Below are positions 33,918-43,765 of a stretch of 64,000 nucleotides of DNA, piece after piece (position 1 is the stretch's first letter; each line of letters starts with the position of its first letter). The position numbers were made by a program, and so were the translations under genes. A model generated the notes under the pieces. It saw only the letters and a program-made list of their open reading frames with translations, had not been told where the DNA came from and made no database searches. This DNA comes from Natronospirales bacterium (GTDB taxonomy: Bacteria; Pseudomonadota; Gammaproteobacteria; Natronospirales; JAIVGZ01), in the NCBI GenBank assembly GCA_020201335.1, contig JAIVGZ010000003.1, positions 1,781 to 65,780 of the forward strand. Direction: 5' to 3'.

Positions 33918-35150
33918 GGCCGTGGTGGTTAGCGCTCGCGGCGGTACTCGGCTGGACCGTAGGCGGCAACGGCTACGAGGTTCTGCTCGACCGTGAGCGC
34001 GCGCATGCGGGCCCCGCGAGTCTGCGCATCACGCAGGTGCATCCTGTACCTCGACAACATGCGCGACCGAGGCGTCACCGGGACGACCGACTGGGTGCGA
34101 TACGAAGTTCAGGCGACGATTCCAGACGGCACCGAATGGGTCTATTACGGTGCGCTGCTCGCCGGCTCCGGTACAGCTTGGTTCGATTCTTTCCATGTCG
34201 AGGACCTCGACGCAGCGGAGTTGCCGGATCCGAGCGAAGAAGCGCGCGCATACTTGCAGCGCGCGCTGAACATCATTGAACGCTTCGCGTTGCGCCGCGA
34301 TGAGGTCGATTGGTCCCGGATTCAGGACGAAGCGCTGGCACAGGCGCGCGGCGCGGCGGATGCCGCTGCCGTGCATACGGTGCTGCGCAACACTTTGCGC
34401 ACGCTCGGCGACCGGCACAGCGTGCTGCTTGCGCCGCCGGAGGCACGCGCGTGGGAAGCGGGCGCCGACCCAGCCGGCCGGCCGGAGCCAATGGGTGTGA
34501 TGTTGTCGCGTCGCGTCGCCTATCTTGAAGTGCCGCGGTTCAGCGGTGATGTGGCCGAGCAGGTCACCGCGTACGCCGACGCACTGCAGAATCTGATACG
34601 CACGCAGGCGGAGGCCGGCGCGTGCGGCTGGGTCGTCGACCTGCGCGGCAACAGCGGAGGCAACATGTGGCCGATGCTCGCAGGGCTCGGGCCGCTGTTC
34701 GGCGATGGGGAGCTCGGCGGATTCCGCGGCGCCGACGGCGAGCAGGCCGCATGGTGGTACCGGGGCGGCGCGACCGGAGTCGCTGAACGTACTGCCGCGC
34801 GCGTGAGCAATGAACCATTCATCCTGCCGACGTTGCCGCCCGTTGCGGTCCTGGTAGGCCCGACGACCGCGAGTTCCGGCGAAGCGGTCGCGCTGGCGCT
34901 GACCGGCCGCGACAATGCTGCGTCATTCGGTGCGCCAACCGCTGGTCTGACCACGGGCAACCAGTTGTTCGTGCTCAGCGACGGTGCCTTGCTGTGGCTG
35001 ACGACCTCGGTGTTCGTCGACCGCGACGGCCGCGCGTACGGCGGTCCGGTGCAACCGGACCACGAAGTCATTCCGACTGCGGCGTCGCAGCGAGGAGCAG
35101 ACCCCGTCCGCGACAGTGCGCTGACATGGCTCAAGCGGTCCTGCTTATAG
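33914..35150 (+). pseudogene. S41-family peptidase, N-terminal region frameshifted or deleted
   Basis: The signal-peptide start (MRPWWLALAAVLGW..GPASLRITQ) is in one frame to about 34030. The body (..LYLDNMRDRGVTGTTDW.., ..DLRGNSGGNMWPML.., ..LVGPTTASSGEAVA..) is in another frame with no start codon of its own carrying a signal peptide. Confidence 0.6.
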
Positions 35151-35200
35151 GGGAGACCCCCGCTGGCCATGCCTGTCTCAGTCCCATACCATGGGGAGCG

Positions 35201-37226
35201 ATGCGTCTTGTAATCGTCTCGAATCGCTTGCCGTTCACCGTCGATCTCGCAAATGGCAAGCTCCGCTACCGGCACAGTGCCGGCGGCCTCGCAACAGGGC
35301 TGTCCAGCTACCTGGAGCGTCGGCCGGAGAGCGCGGTCGGTGGATCGAGCTATCTGTGGCTTGGCTGGCCGGGCGCTGATGTTCCCCCCGAACACCAAGA
35401 AGAGGTGCGCGAGTACGCGCAGCAATGCCACGCGGCGCCGGTGTTCCTGTCCGAGGACAGCGTCGAGCGCTTCTACCACGGCTTTTGCAACAAGACGATT
35501 TGGCCGCTGTTCCACTACTTCTCGATGATTGTGCACTACGAGGATGAGGACTGGCTCGAGTACCAGCGGGTCAACCGCCAGTTCGCCGATGAGATTTGCA
35601 GCGTGCTCGAGCCCGACGACCAGATATGGATACACGACTACCAACTGATGCTGGTGCCACAGATGGTGCGCGAGCGTTTCCCCGACGCGTCGATCGGCTT
35701 CTTCCTACACATCCCGTTCCCGTCGTACGAGCTGTTCCGCTTGCTGCCGCACCCATGGCGCACTGAGCTTGTGAACGGGTTGCTCGGCGCCAGCCTGATT
35801 GGTTTTCACACGCACGACTACACGCGCGACTTCCTGACCTCTGTGCTGCGCACCGTGGGCTACGAACACTCGCTCGGCGCGCTCGCGCTGCCCGACCGCA
35901 TCGTCAAGGTCGACACTTTTCCGATGGGTATCGACTACGAGCGCTTTGCCGGCGCTGCTGCCAACGACACGACGACCGGCGGCGTCGATGAAATCCACAA
36001 GCTGTGTGACGGCCGCAAGTTGATCTTCTCCGTCGACCGGCTCGACTATACGAAAGGCCTTTTGAACCGGCTGCGCGGCTACGAGCTGTTCCTGGAGCGG
36101 CACCCCGAGTGGCACGAGAAGGTCGTGTTCCTGATGTCGGTCGCACCATCGCGTGTTGATGTCGCGGACTACCAGGAGATGAAGCAGGAGATCGAGCAGA
36201 CGGTCGGCCGCATCATCGGGGCCTACGGCAACGTTCGCTGGACGCCGCTGATCTACCAGTACCGCAACCTCGGCTTCGATGAGATCGTACCGCTGTACAA
36301 GGCATGCGACATCGCCATGATCACGCCACTGCGCGACGGCATGAACCTCGTCGCTAAGGAGTTCGTGGCCAGCCGTACCGACGGAACAGGCGTACTGATC
36401 CTGAGCGAGATGGCTGGCGCCGTGAAGGAGATGGGCGAAGCGTTGGTCATCAACCCGTTCCACGTTGACGATTTTGTGTGGGCACTGGAGCGCGCGATGA
36501 AGATGCCGGTCGAGGAGCAGCAGCGTCGGATGCACATGATGCAGGAGCGCTTGCAGCGCTACGACGTGACCCGCTGGGCCGGCGACTTCGTGCACGGTAT
36601 GGTGCTGACCGGCCGAACTGAGGCTGATCGTCGCGTACGCGTGTTGTCCGGCAAGGCGCAAGAGCAGATGGTCGAGGCGTGGCGGGGCGCCGAGCGGCGC
36701 GCGGCTGAAGCGGCGCGGCGGTGCGTGGCGGATGCCGCGGCCGATGGACTCGAGCTGGCAGTCGAGCATCCGACCGATCCTGCAGCTGTACGTGGACCGC
36801 CTGCCCGGCGCGATGCTGGAGCAGAAGGATTATTCACTCGCGTGGCATTACCGCGGCGCGGATCCGGAACTCGCGTCGGTGCGTGCGCGGGAGCTGCTCG
36901 ACGATCTTGCTGGCTACACGCGCAACATCGATGTGCAGGTGCTCGAGGGCAATAAGGTCATCGAAGTCCGCAACGCTGGGGTGACGAAAGGGACCGCGGC
37001 ACTTGAATGGCTGCAGGGTCAGGCGCCTGGCTTCATCCTCGCCATCGGCGACGACTGGACGGATGAGGACATGTTCCGTGCATTGCCGGAGGACGCGCAC
37101 ACGATCCGCGTTGGGATCACGAACACGGCCGCCAGGCACCACCTGCAGGGGTACGATGCCGTGCGCGAACTGCTGCGCGGGTTTAGCGGCGCCACGACGC
37201 TGGCGTCGCGCCCCGCGCTCCGTTAG
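35201..37226 (+). pseudogene. otsA: Fused trehalose-6-phosphate synthase/phosphatase (OtsA-OtsB), phosphatase domain disrupted
   Basis: The synthase domain is intact (MRLVIVSNRLPF.., ..IWIHDYQLMLVP.., ..TPLRDGMNLVAKE..). The phosphatase C-terminus (..WHYRGADPEL.., ..GNKVIEVR..GVTKG.., ..AIGDDWTDEDMF..) is in a different frame from about 36745. No HAD DxDGT motif was found in any frame. Confidence 0.7.
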
Positions 37227-37236
37227 ATTGTGGGCC

Positions 37237-37902
37237 GTGGATTTCCAACGCGATGGTTATACGGTCGTACGCGGCGCGGTTGCGCCAGAGGCAATGGCGC
37301 TCTATTGCCGGAGCACGCTGCTGCAAAAAGCGAAGTACTGGCTACCTGAGCCGGCATACAACTCGCTTGGCCGTTACGCGGACGCCCAAGGCGAGGCGAT
37401 ACTCGAGCGCCTGCAGCCCGAGGTCGAACGCATCACCGGCCATGCGCTGTACCCGTGTTACTCGTTCTTGAGGATTTACCAGCCCGGCTCGGAGCTGCGC
37501 CGCCACACCGACCGCCCGTCGTGCGAGTTCAGCGTGACGCTGCATGTCGGCGGCCCGGACGGGGCCGAGTGGCCAATCTGGATTGAGAATGACGGAAAAG
37601 CAGCCGAAGTAAGGCTCGCGCCGGGCGATCTGATGGTGTATCGAGGTGCGGCGCTGCCGCACTGGCGTGAGCGGTTCGACGGACCCTGGTGGGTGCAGCT
37701 GTTCCTGCACTATGTCGATGCCGCAGGTGCGTACGCGCACTATCGGCACGACGGTAGGGCGCAGCTGGGCCCGTTCAACATCCACAAAGACCGCCGCAAG
37801 CTCCCTGACCCGACGAAACTACTGCCCGGCGATGGCTGCTGGTGCGGCAGCGGCCGGGCATTGAAGGATTGTCACCGCGCGCAGATGACTGCGCGCTCCT
37901 GA
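37237..37902 (+). CDS. 2OG-Fe(II) oxygenase-like protein with a C-terminal SEC-C motif
   Basis: ..ELRRHTDRPSCEF.. (HxD-like), ..ALPHWRE.. and the terminal ..CWCGSGRALKDCH... Start uncertain (TTG 37228 or GTG 37237). Confidence 0.5.
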   Translation: MDFQRDGYTVVRGAVAPEAMALYCRSTLLQKAKYWLPEPAYNSLGRYADAQGEAILERLQPEVERITGHALYPCYSFLRIYQPGSELRRHTDRPSCEFSVTLHVGGPDGAEWPIWIENDGKAAEVRLAPGDLMVYRGAALPHWRERFDGPWWVQLFLHYVDAAGAYAHYRHDGRAQLGPFNIHKDRRKLPDPTKLLPGDGCWCGSGRALKDCHRAQMTARS

Positions 37903-37903
37903 C

Positions 37904-39181
37904 TCACCGTTCGCGCTGTTCTGCTCTACCTTCGCGCCGCGTCGGTTCGCCACGCGCGCGGGCCGGTGCATCCGCACGGGCAGCAGGCGCAGGTCTCGCG
38001 GCGGGTGCAGGTCTCGCGGCGGGCGCAGGCCGTGGCGTCACAGCCCGTGCCGGCATCGAAGGCGCAGTCGAGCGCACCTGGGGAGCCGCCGGCCGCGGCG
38101 CCTGCGGGCGCTGAGCCTGGATGCGGCCGCGATCGACACCGCGCGATTCGAACTGGTTCGTCGGCCGCCCGGCGTCGAGTATCGGCGCCGTTGCGCGCGG
38201 TGGCGTGGCTGCCGCCGGCCGCTGTGTGCGGCGCTGCGGGCTCTGCGTCCGTGTGGCATTCGGCTGCGTCGTGTAGGTGCTCGGGGACTGGTGCTGTCGC
38301 CTCTGCACCGTACTCGGCGTGCTTACCTGGCGTGACGGTCCACGCAATCCGCGCGGGAAAGTCTCACGACGCCCGTCGGCCCATTCGCGGTGTGCATCGC
38401 GGCGCGGCCGGTTCGTGTTGCCGTGATAGACCGGCGGCCGGTGCCGAGGCGTGTGGTGCCAGCGCCGCGGGTGGTGGCGGTTCGCATTGATCACCACGAT
38501 GTGCCGCTGCGGCCAGTAGAACGAGCTGTAGTAGAACGATGACGATACATACACCGGGCGGCTCCAGTGAAACGCTACGCCGCTGCGGTAACCGCGCGGG
38601 TATGCCCAGTACACTGGCGGATACGCTGGTTCCCACCACGGGCCATAAACAACGCGCGTGTCATAGTAAGGAACGTACACGACCTCGCGGCGCACCGGCT
38701 CGATCGCAATCGTCCGTGTCTCGCGGACGATGCGCACATGGTCATTGGTCCGGAGGTTGCCGTTCGCGTATGCGCGCTCACGAAGCCCCTGAATCGTGTC
38801 CATCACCAGCGCTTCCTGGAACATGAACGCTTCGCCGACCCGCTGCATCCAGTCGAGGTCAGAGTCCATGCGCGCAAGGACATCGGGGAATGCAACCAGC
38901 GCCTTCACGCTCGGGTCCCAATTGCGGTCCTGAACCGCAGCGATTGCCGCTTCGCCGTCGACGCCGGGATTATCCCGCGTCCAGCGCGCAGCCTGTACGA
39001 CTTCGAGCGGGTAGGTGGAGGCAATCAAGATGTTCGACAGCACGCTGTCCGGGTGCAGCGCCACCGGAGCGAGCAGTTGCTGTAGCTCAGCTTCGCTGAA
39101 AGTACGCTCTTCCGCGGAGGCGGTCGGTGCGGCCAGCACGGCGAGGAAGAGGGCGCCCATCAATGCGGTCAATGTTTTCAT
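37904..39181 (-). CDS. DUF3300-domain secreted protein with a Pro/Arg-rich tail
   Basis: Signal peptide. ..LLAPVALHPDSVLSNILIASTYPLEVVQAARW.. is the DUF3300 signature. The low-complexity C-terminus includes (PAPAAR)x3. Confidence 0.75.
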   Translation of the reverse strand: MKTLTALMGALFLAVLAAPTASAEERTFSEAELQQLLAPVALHPDSVLSNILIASTYPLEVVQAARWTRDNPGVDGEAAIAAVQDRNWDPSVKALVAFPDVLARMDSDLDWMQRVGEAFMFQEALVMDTIQGLRERAYANGNLRTNDHVRIVRETRTIAIEPVRREVVYVPYYDTRVVYGPWWEPAYPPVYWAYPRGYRSGVAFHWSRPVYVSSSFYYSSFYWPQRHIVVINANRHHPRRWHHTPRHRPPVYHGNTNRPRRDAHREWADGRRETFPRGLRGPSRQVSTPSTVQRRQHQSPSTYTTQPNATRTQSPQRRTQRPAAATPPRATAPILDAGRPTNQFESRGVDRGRIQAQRPQAPRPAAPQVRSTAPSMPARAVTPRPAPAARPAPAARPAPAARADAPARARGEPTRREGRAEQRER

Positions 39182-39248
39182 CGGGTTCTCCCGTAGCTTG
39201 CCCTCTTTTTACACCCCCGTTCCTGAAGCTTCGCTGAATACAGGAACC

Positions 39249-39863
39249 CTAGGAGGGGCGGCGGGTAGCGCCGCTGGCTGGCGCGCCGGTGACTCCGGCA
39301 GTCAGCGTGAAACGCAGCGCGTCCGAGGTCGGCATGTCGACATATTCGAGCCGGTCGCGCGGAAGGAACAGCGTATAGCCGCCGATCTGGTAGCTCATCG
39401 GCAGGTAAACGGCGACGAGGTCGGGACCCGCCAGCCCATCAGGCAGGTTCGTGCAGTCGTTGCGGGTGATGAAGCCGATCAGCTTCGCGTCGGTGCCTGG
39501 CAACGTGAAAGTCACGACCGAGCTGAACTGCCTTTGCTTTTCAGGCGAGAATAGCTCGGTGATGTCCTTGATGGCGCCGTACACGCTTTTGAGGACCGGT
39601 ACGCGCATCATCAAGCGCTCGAATACCTCGAACAGCCGCTGCGCGAGCCAGTGGCTCATGATTGCCCCGACTGCGAACACCAGCGCGATACTGGCAACCA
39701 ACCCCATGCCGCGCTGGTATGCGCCTTCCGGCAACAGCCATGCGATTAGGCCTCCTAGCATCCCCTCGAGCGTGCCGACGAGCCACATGATGATCGCAAC
39801 CGTGACGACGACCGGAAGCACGGTGAATAGACCGGTCAGCAGCATGCGTGAGAACGCCTTCAT
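39249..39863 (-). CDS. DUF502-family membrane protein
   Basis: ..LFTVLPVVVTVAIIMWL.. and ..VPVLKSVYGAIKDI.. patterns. Confidence 0.7.
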   Translation of the reverse strand: MKAFSRMLLTGLFTVLPVVVTVAIIMWLVGTLEGMLGGLIAWLLPEGAYQRGMGLVASIALVFAVGAIMSHWLAQRLFEVFERLMMRVPVLKSVYGAIKDITELFSPEKQRQFSSVVTFTLPGTDAKLIGFITRNDCTNLPDGLAGPDLVAVYLPMSYQIGGYTLFLPRDRLEYVDMPTSDALRFTLTAGVTGAPASGATRRPS

Positions 39864-39938
39864 CGGGGGAAACTCCACTGGCAAGTCGGGGAGAACTCAG
39901 TCTAGCATGCAGGCATGAGAAGGCCGGACGGAGGCGGG

Positions 39939-40424
39939 ATGAGGGCGATTCTGGTGGTTGTGGTTGGGGCACTGACGGCCGGCTGCGGGTGGCAGGCGTC
40001 GCCGTGCGGCACCCGTGGCGCCGATGACGCCCGCATGCGCCTCCTGGCTGCCGACGCGGCGTTCTCTCGGACTGCTTTCGAGCGCGGTCCTGCTGCCGCG
40101 TTCGGTGAGGTGCTCGATGCGGACTCCGTGTTTCTCGCTTCGAACTACGGGACCCTCTACGGCGTCGACGATGTCGTTACTTTCCTCGGCGGTGACGAGG
40201 CGTTGCGTATAAGTTGGATTCCGGCGGATGCGGAGGTAGCCCACGGGTGCGACATCGGCTACACCTTCGGCGCTTGGTCTGCCGACGGCGCGGACGCAGA
40301 TGGTAACCCGCTCGACCTGAGCGGAAAGTACCTTGCAGTGTGGCGTCATCAGGACGACGGTGGTTGGCGGCTCGCCGTGTACATGCAAAACAGCGACCCC
40401 GCCGGGAGCGATGCCGAGCCCTGA
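39939..40424 (+). CDS. DUF4440/SnoaL-like lipoprotein
   Basis: Lipobox LTAGC. ..GKYLAVWRHQDDGGWRLAVYM.. C-terminus typical of the NTF2-like fold. Confidence 0.55.
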   Translation: MRAILVVVVGALTAGCGWQASPCGTRGADDARMRLLAADAAFSRTAFERGPAAAFGEVLDADSVFLASNYGTLYGVDDVVTFLGGDEALRISWIPADAEVAHGCDIGYTFGAWSADGADADGNPLDLSGKYLAVWRHQDDGGWRLAVYMQNSDPAGSDAEP

Positions 40425-40431
40425 CCGGGCG

Positions 40432-40653
40432 TCAGGGTTTGCGTCCGGCGCTGACCAGGATTAATCCGCCGACGATGATTGCGCCGACACCCGCCCAGAC
40501 GGGAACGTTCACAGATTCCTTGTCTTCTACCGCGAGTTCGAGTGGTCCAATCTGCGTTTCGGAGCGGTCTTTGGTATAGGTGAAGCCCCCGAAAACCAGG
40601 GCAAGCACACCGCCGATAATCAGAACGATGGCGACGATTTTGAGTCCACTCAT
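40432..40653 (-). CDS. Small 2-TM membrane protein
   Basis: 73-aa ORF with two hydrophobic helices. Confidence 0.5.
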   Translation of the reverse strand: MSGLKIVAIVLIIGGVLALVFGGFTYTKDRSETQIGPLELAVEDKESVNVPVWAGVGAIIVGGLILVSAGRKP

Positions 40654-40723
40654 GGAGTTCTCCTAAGGTTCGTTGAAACCAATGTACGCCGGTGGACCGT
40701 CAGGCGTCCGTGCGTAACCGAAC

Positions 40724-41431
40724 CTAGGCACCGGAGTCCGTGGGGGGCAGCAATTGCGCCGCCGTTTCGGCGACCACTCGGTAACACTCACACGAAGCTT
40801 GCTCGAGCGCCGCGCGGTCGATGATTGTGATGTCGCCACGGGTGTACTTGATCACCTTGTTCTGGCGCAGGATGCCGGCTGCAGTCGTTATTCCGCTGCG
40901 CCGCACGCCCAACATTTCTGCGAGCAGCCCGTGCGTGAGTTCGAGGTGGTCATCGGGCGAGCGGTCGTGAATCATCAGCAACCAGCGGGCAAGCCGCGCC
41001 TCGACCAAGTGGAAGCGCGTACAGACCGCAGTTTGTGCGAGCTGCGTAAGTAGGACGCAGGTGTAGTGATTCAAGTCGGTACGCATCACCTCGCTATTAG
41101 CGAGGCAACGCCTGAAGTTTTGTGCATCCATGCGCAAGGCGGTACCGGACGCCCGCACCACCGCACGCAGCGTAGCGGCATCAACTCCGAGCGCAAGTGA
41201 AACGCCGAGCATGCCGTCGGTGCCGACGATGCCGACCTCGAGCGTCGTGTCGTCATCCACCGTAGCGAGCAGCGAGACAATTGCACCGGCCGGGAAGTAG
41301 ACGTGGGAAACCGGTCGGCCCGGCTCCGCGAGGATGTCGCCGATCGAAAGCTCGACGGTCTCGCATTGCTCGATCATCGCGTCGCGCTCATTGCGCGGCA
41401 ACGCGGACAGCCGTTCGTTAACCATCGGCAT
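40724..41431 (-). CDS. Crp/Fnr-family regulator (cNMP-binding domain plus HTH), paralogue 1
   Basis: ..YFPAGAIVSLL..EVGIVGTDGMLG.. beta-barrel, ..LTHGLLAEMLGVRRSGITTAAGIL.. HTH and a C-terminal CECY. Start uncertain. Confidence 0.7.
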   Translation of the reverse strand: MPMVNERLSALPRNERDAMIEQCETVELSIGDILAEPGRPVSHVYFPAGAIVSLLATVDDDTTLEVGIVGTDGMLGVSLALGVDAATLRAVVRASGTALRMDAQNFRRCLANSEVMRTDLNHYTCVLLTQLAQTAVCTRFHLVEARLARWLLMIHDRSPDDHLELTHGLLAEMLGVRRSGITTAAGILRQNKVIKYTRGDITIIDRAALEQASCECYRVVAETAAQLLPPTDSGA

Positions 41432-41522
41432 CGCCGCGTCGGTCAGTCGTTGTTCTCCAACGCGCGCGGATTGGGTATTCGAAATCTGTATTGAGTTGTC
41501 TGTTCCTGACACCTTGACCTCG

Positions 41523-42272
41523 TCAAATAATCGAGCGCAGCATGAACTGTCGCGCAGGTGGGAATAGCCGATCCGAAGCACCCTTGACGACCGCGTAGCA
41601 CTCGCACGCGAGCCGCTCAAGCTGCGGACGATTCAGGATCGTGATTTGTCCGCGGGTGAATGTGATTGCGCCGAGTCGCTGTAACTTCGAAGCGGCTTCA
41701 GCCAGCTCATCGGCCCCGACCCCGAGGATCGTGGCCACCAATTCTTGCGTCATCACCAGCTGGTTCGATGGCAGCCGGTCCAGAGTCAGTAGCAGCCACC
41801 GGCACAGGCGCTGGTACACCGGGTGGTGCCAATTGCACGCAGCCGTCTGCGTCATCTGTACGAGTAGCGCTTGCGAGTAGCGCAGTACGAGTTGCTGCAA
41901 CTCGCCTTCGTGGCCGAACTCCTCTCGGAGTACCTTCCCGTCCAGTCGCCACGCATGCCCGGGACCTTGCACGACTGCCTGATTGAGTGCGGCAGTGCCG
42001 CCCATCCAGAGCGCTATGCCAACCAGTCCTTCATTACCGACGACGGATATCTCGACGCTGCCGCCGTCGTCGGTTGCGTGCAGCAGCGCGAAGATTGCGC
42101 CGTCGGGGAAGAAGACATTCGTGTCGCCGGCGGCGTGCACATTCTGGCCAAGTGTCAGCGGTACAAGTTCGAGGTGTGGCAGCAGCTGTTCGCGTTCAGT
42201 CGCAGGCAATGCGGCCAACAGCGAATTGTGCATCGGGTCGGGAGCGACCGAAGTTGTCGAACTCGTTCGCAT
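41523..42272 (-). CDS. Crp/Fnr-family regulator, paralogue 2
   Basis: Same architecture: ..EISVVGNEGLVG.., ..MTQELVATILGV.. and ACECY. Confidence 0.7.
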   Translation of the reverse strand: MRTSSTTSVAPDPMHNSLLAALPATEREQLLPHLELVPLTLGQNVHAAGDTNVFFPDGAIFALLHATDDGGSVEISVVGNEGLVGIALWMGGTAALNQAVVQGPGHAWRLDGKVLREEFGHEGELQQLVLRYSQALLVQMTQTAACNWHHPVYQRLCRWLLLTLDRLPSNQLVMTQELVATILGVGADELAEAASKLQRLGAITFTRGQITILNRPQLERLACECYAVVKGASDRLFPPARQFMLRSII

Positions 42273-42407
42273 GGGGTCTCCTGCACGCTGCTGGGTTCGA
42301 ACCAAAGCTATCGGATGTCCTGCAAAAGGTATGTACGACAGCACACCCACCTTAAGTAGGAGCGATATCGCACAGACCTGTTAACACCATTCCCGGAGCA
42401 TGATTCC

Positions 42408-43049
42408 GTGATTCGCATGAGAACAGTGGAGACGATTCTTTGGGTCGCTGGTGCGGCGCTGCTGGCCTTTTATTTCGGCGCACGCGCGCATGGCGATTAC
42501 GAGGCTCGGCAGGGTCTGGCGGTGTTCGAGCAGGTGCGCGCGGAAATGCCCGCACGGGAAACCGAGTCGCCGACCGGTAATCTCGATGACTACGCGCTGG
42601 ACCAGGCGGAGTGGGCAGACTACCGGGTGCACCTTTACGAGCGCGACCGCGCAGCGGCCCGCGACGCACCGGTCGCGGTGCTACGCGTACCCGACGCGGG
42701 ACTCGCGATTCCGATATACGGCGCGCTCACGGAGCGCAACCTGAATCGCGGCGCTGCATGGATAGAGGGAACCGCGGCCCCTGGCGCGAGCGGAAATGCC
42801 GGTATCGCCGGGCACCGTGACAGCTTTTTCAGGGGCCTGCGCCACGTATCCGTCGGCGACACGATCGAACTCGCCAACCATGGCGGCACCGCCTCATACC
42901 GGGTCACCGACCTCTCGGTTGTGGAACCGGATGACGTCAGCGTATTGGCACCGGCGGACGGCAAGGTGCTGACGCTGGTGACCTGCTACCCCTTTTATTT
43001 CGCCGGCCACGCTCCGCAACGCTACATCGTGCGGGCGGAGGCCATCTAA
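42408..43049 (+). CDS. Sortase (proteobacterial class)
   Basis: N-terminal TM anchor, ..IAGHRDSFF.. (catalytic His), ..LTLVTCYPF.. (TLxTC Cys) and ..RYIVRAE.. (Arg). Confidence 0.85.
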   Translation: MIRMRTVETILWVAGAALLAFYFGARAHGDYEARQGLAVFEQVRAEMPARETESPTGNLDDYALDQAEWADYRVHLYERDRAAARDAPVAVLRVPDAGLAIPIYGALTERNLNRGAAWIEGTAAPGASGNAGIAGHRDSFFRGLRHVSVGDTIELANHGGTASYRVTDLSVVEPDDVSVLAPADGKVLTLVTCYPFYFAGHAPQRYIVRAEAI

Positions 43050-43074
43050 GTACTCGGCAACAGGAGAGGAGATT

Positions 43075-43737
43075 ATGAAAGCTACCGGAATGAGAACAGC
43101 GGCAACGCTGATTGGCCTCGCATGCGCGAGCGCCGTTGCGGCTGACATGCAACAGCAGATGCCGGAGGAAAATGTTCGACCGGCATCCTGTAACGACATG
43201 GAGTGGCATCCTGACCTTCAGAGGAACCATCCAAACCTTATCGGCGCGTGCCAGGAAGCGGTCGTGGCTGGTGGTCAGCGGTGGGCGCGCTTCGCAGCAA
43301 ACTTCACTGAGTTGCGCACGAATGGCAATGTCGTGTTCACGATCCACGATCGGTCGAGCGGCATAGGGCGCGGCGGCATCGTCGGTGACGTGACGATTGA
43401 ACCAGCGCCAGGTCAGATGGTGTACATCAATGAGCGGCGTACCCCGTTCAACGAACTGCATCCTGGCCAGCGAGTGAATCTGTATGTTCCGGAAGGACAG
43501 TACGGCTTCTCGACGCTGCCCGGCGCGCCGTCGACGCAGGTAGCGGGTGTCGCGCGCGAAGATTCGAGCGACGGTCGCATGCTGGCGATGCGGACGCAGC
43601 AGCGTGACCCGCAGGCGGTAATCGCAAGCTTGCCAGCGACAGCCGGCCCGCTGCCGTGGCTCGCAGTCGGTGGTGCGTTGTCGATGTTCGGTGCGCTGGG
43701 CCTAGGGCTGCGTCGCCGACTCGTCAAGCACGGCTGA
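43075..43737 (+). CDS. Putative sortase substrate (signal peptide plus C-terminal LPATAG sorting signal)
   Basis: N-terminal signal peptide. The C-terminus ..SLPATAG-PLPWLAVGGALSMFGALGLGL-RRRLVKHG comprises motif, hydrophobic helix and basic tail. Confidence 0.75.
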   Translation: MKATGMRTAATLIGLACASAVAADMQQQMPEENVRPASCNDMEWHPDLQRNHPNLIGACQEAVVAGGQRWARFAANFTELRTNGNVVFTIHDRSSGIGRGGIVGDVTIEPAPGQMVYINERRTPFNELHPGQRVNLYVPEGQYGFSTLPGAPSTQVAGVAREDSSDGRMLAMRTQQRDPQAVIASLPATAGPLPWLAVGGALSMFGALGLGLRRRLVKHG

Positions 43738-43765
43738 ATGCAAGGTGCCGTTGCCCGCGCCGGCC

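Noticed and set aside
35705-36769. 354-aa ORF on the minus strand.
   Set aside because: It is antisense to the trehalose-6-phosphate synthase domain and has an Arg/His-rich composition typical of spurious high-G+C frames.
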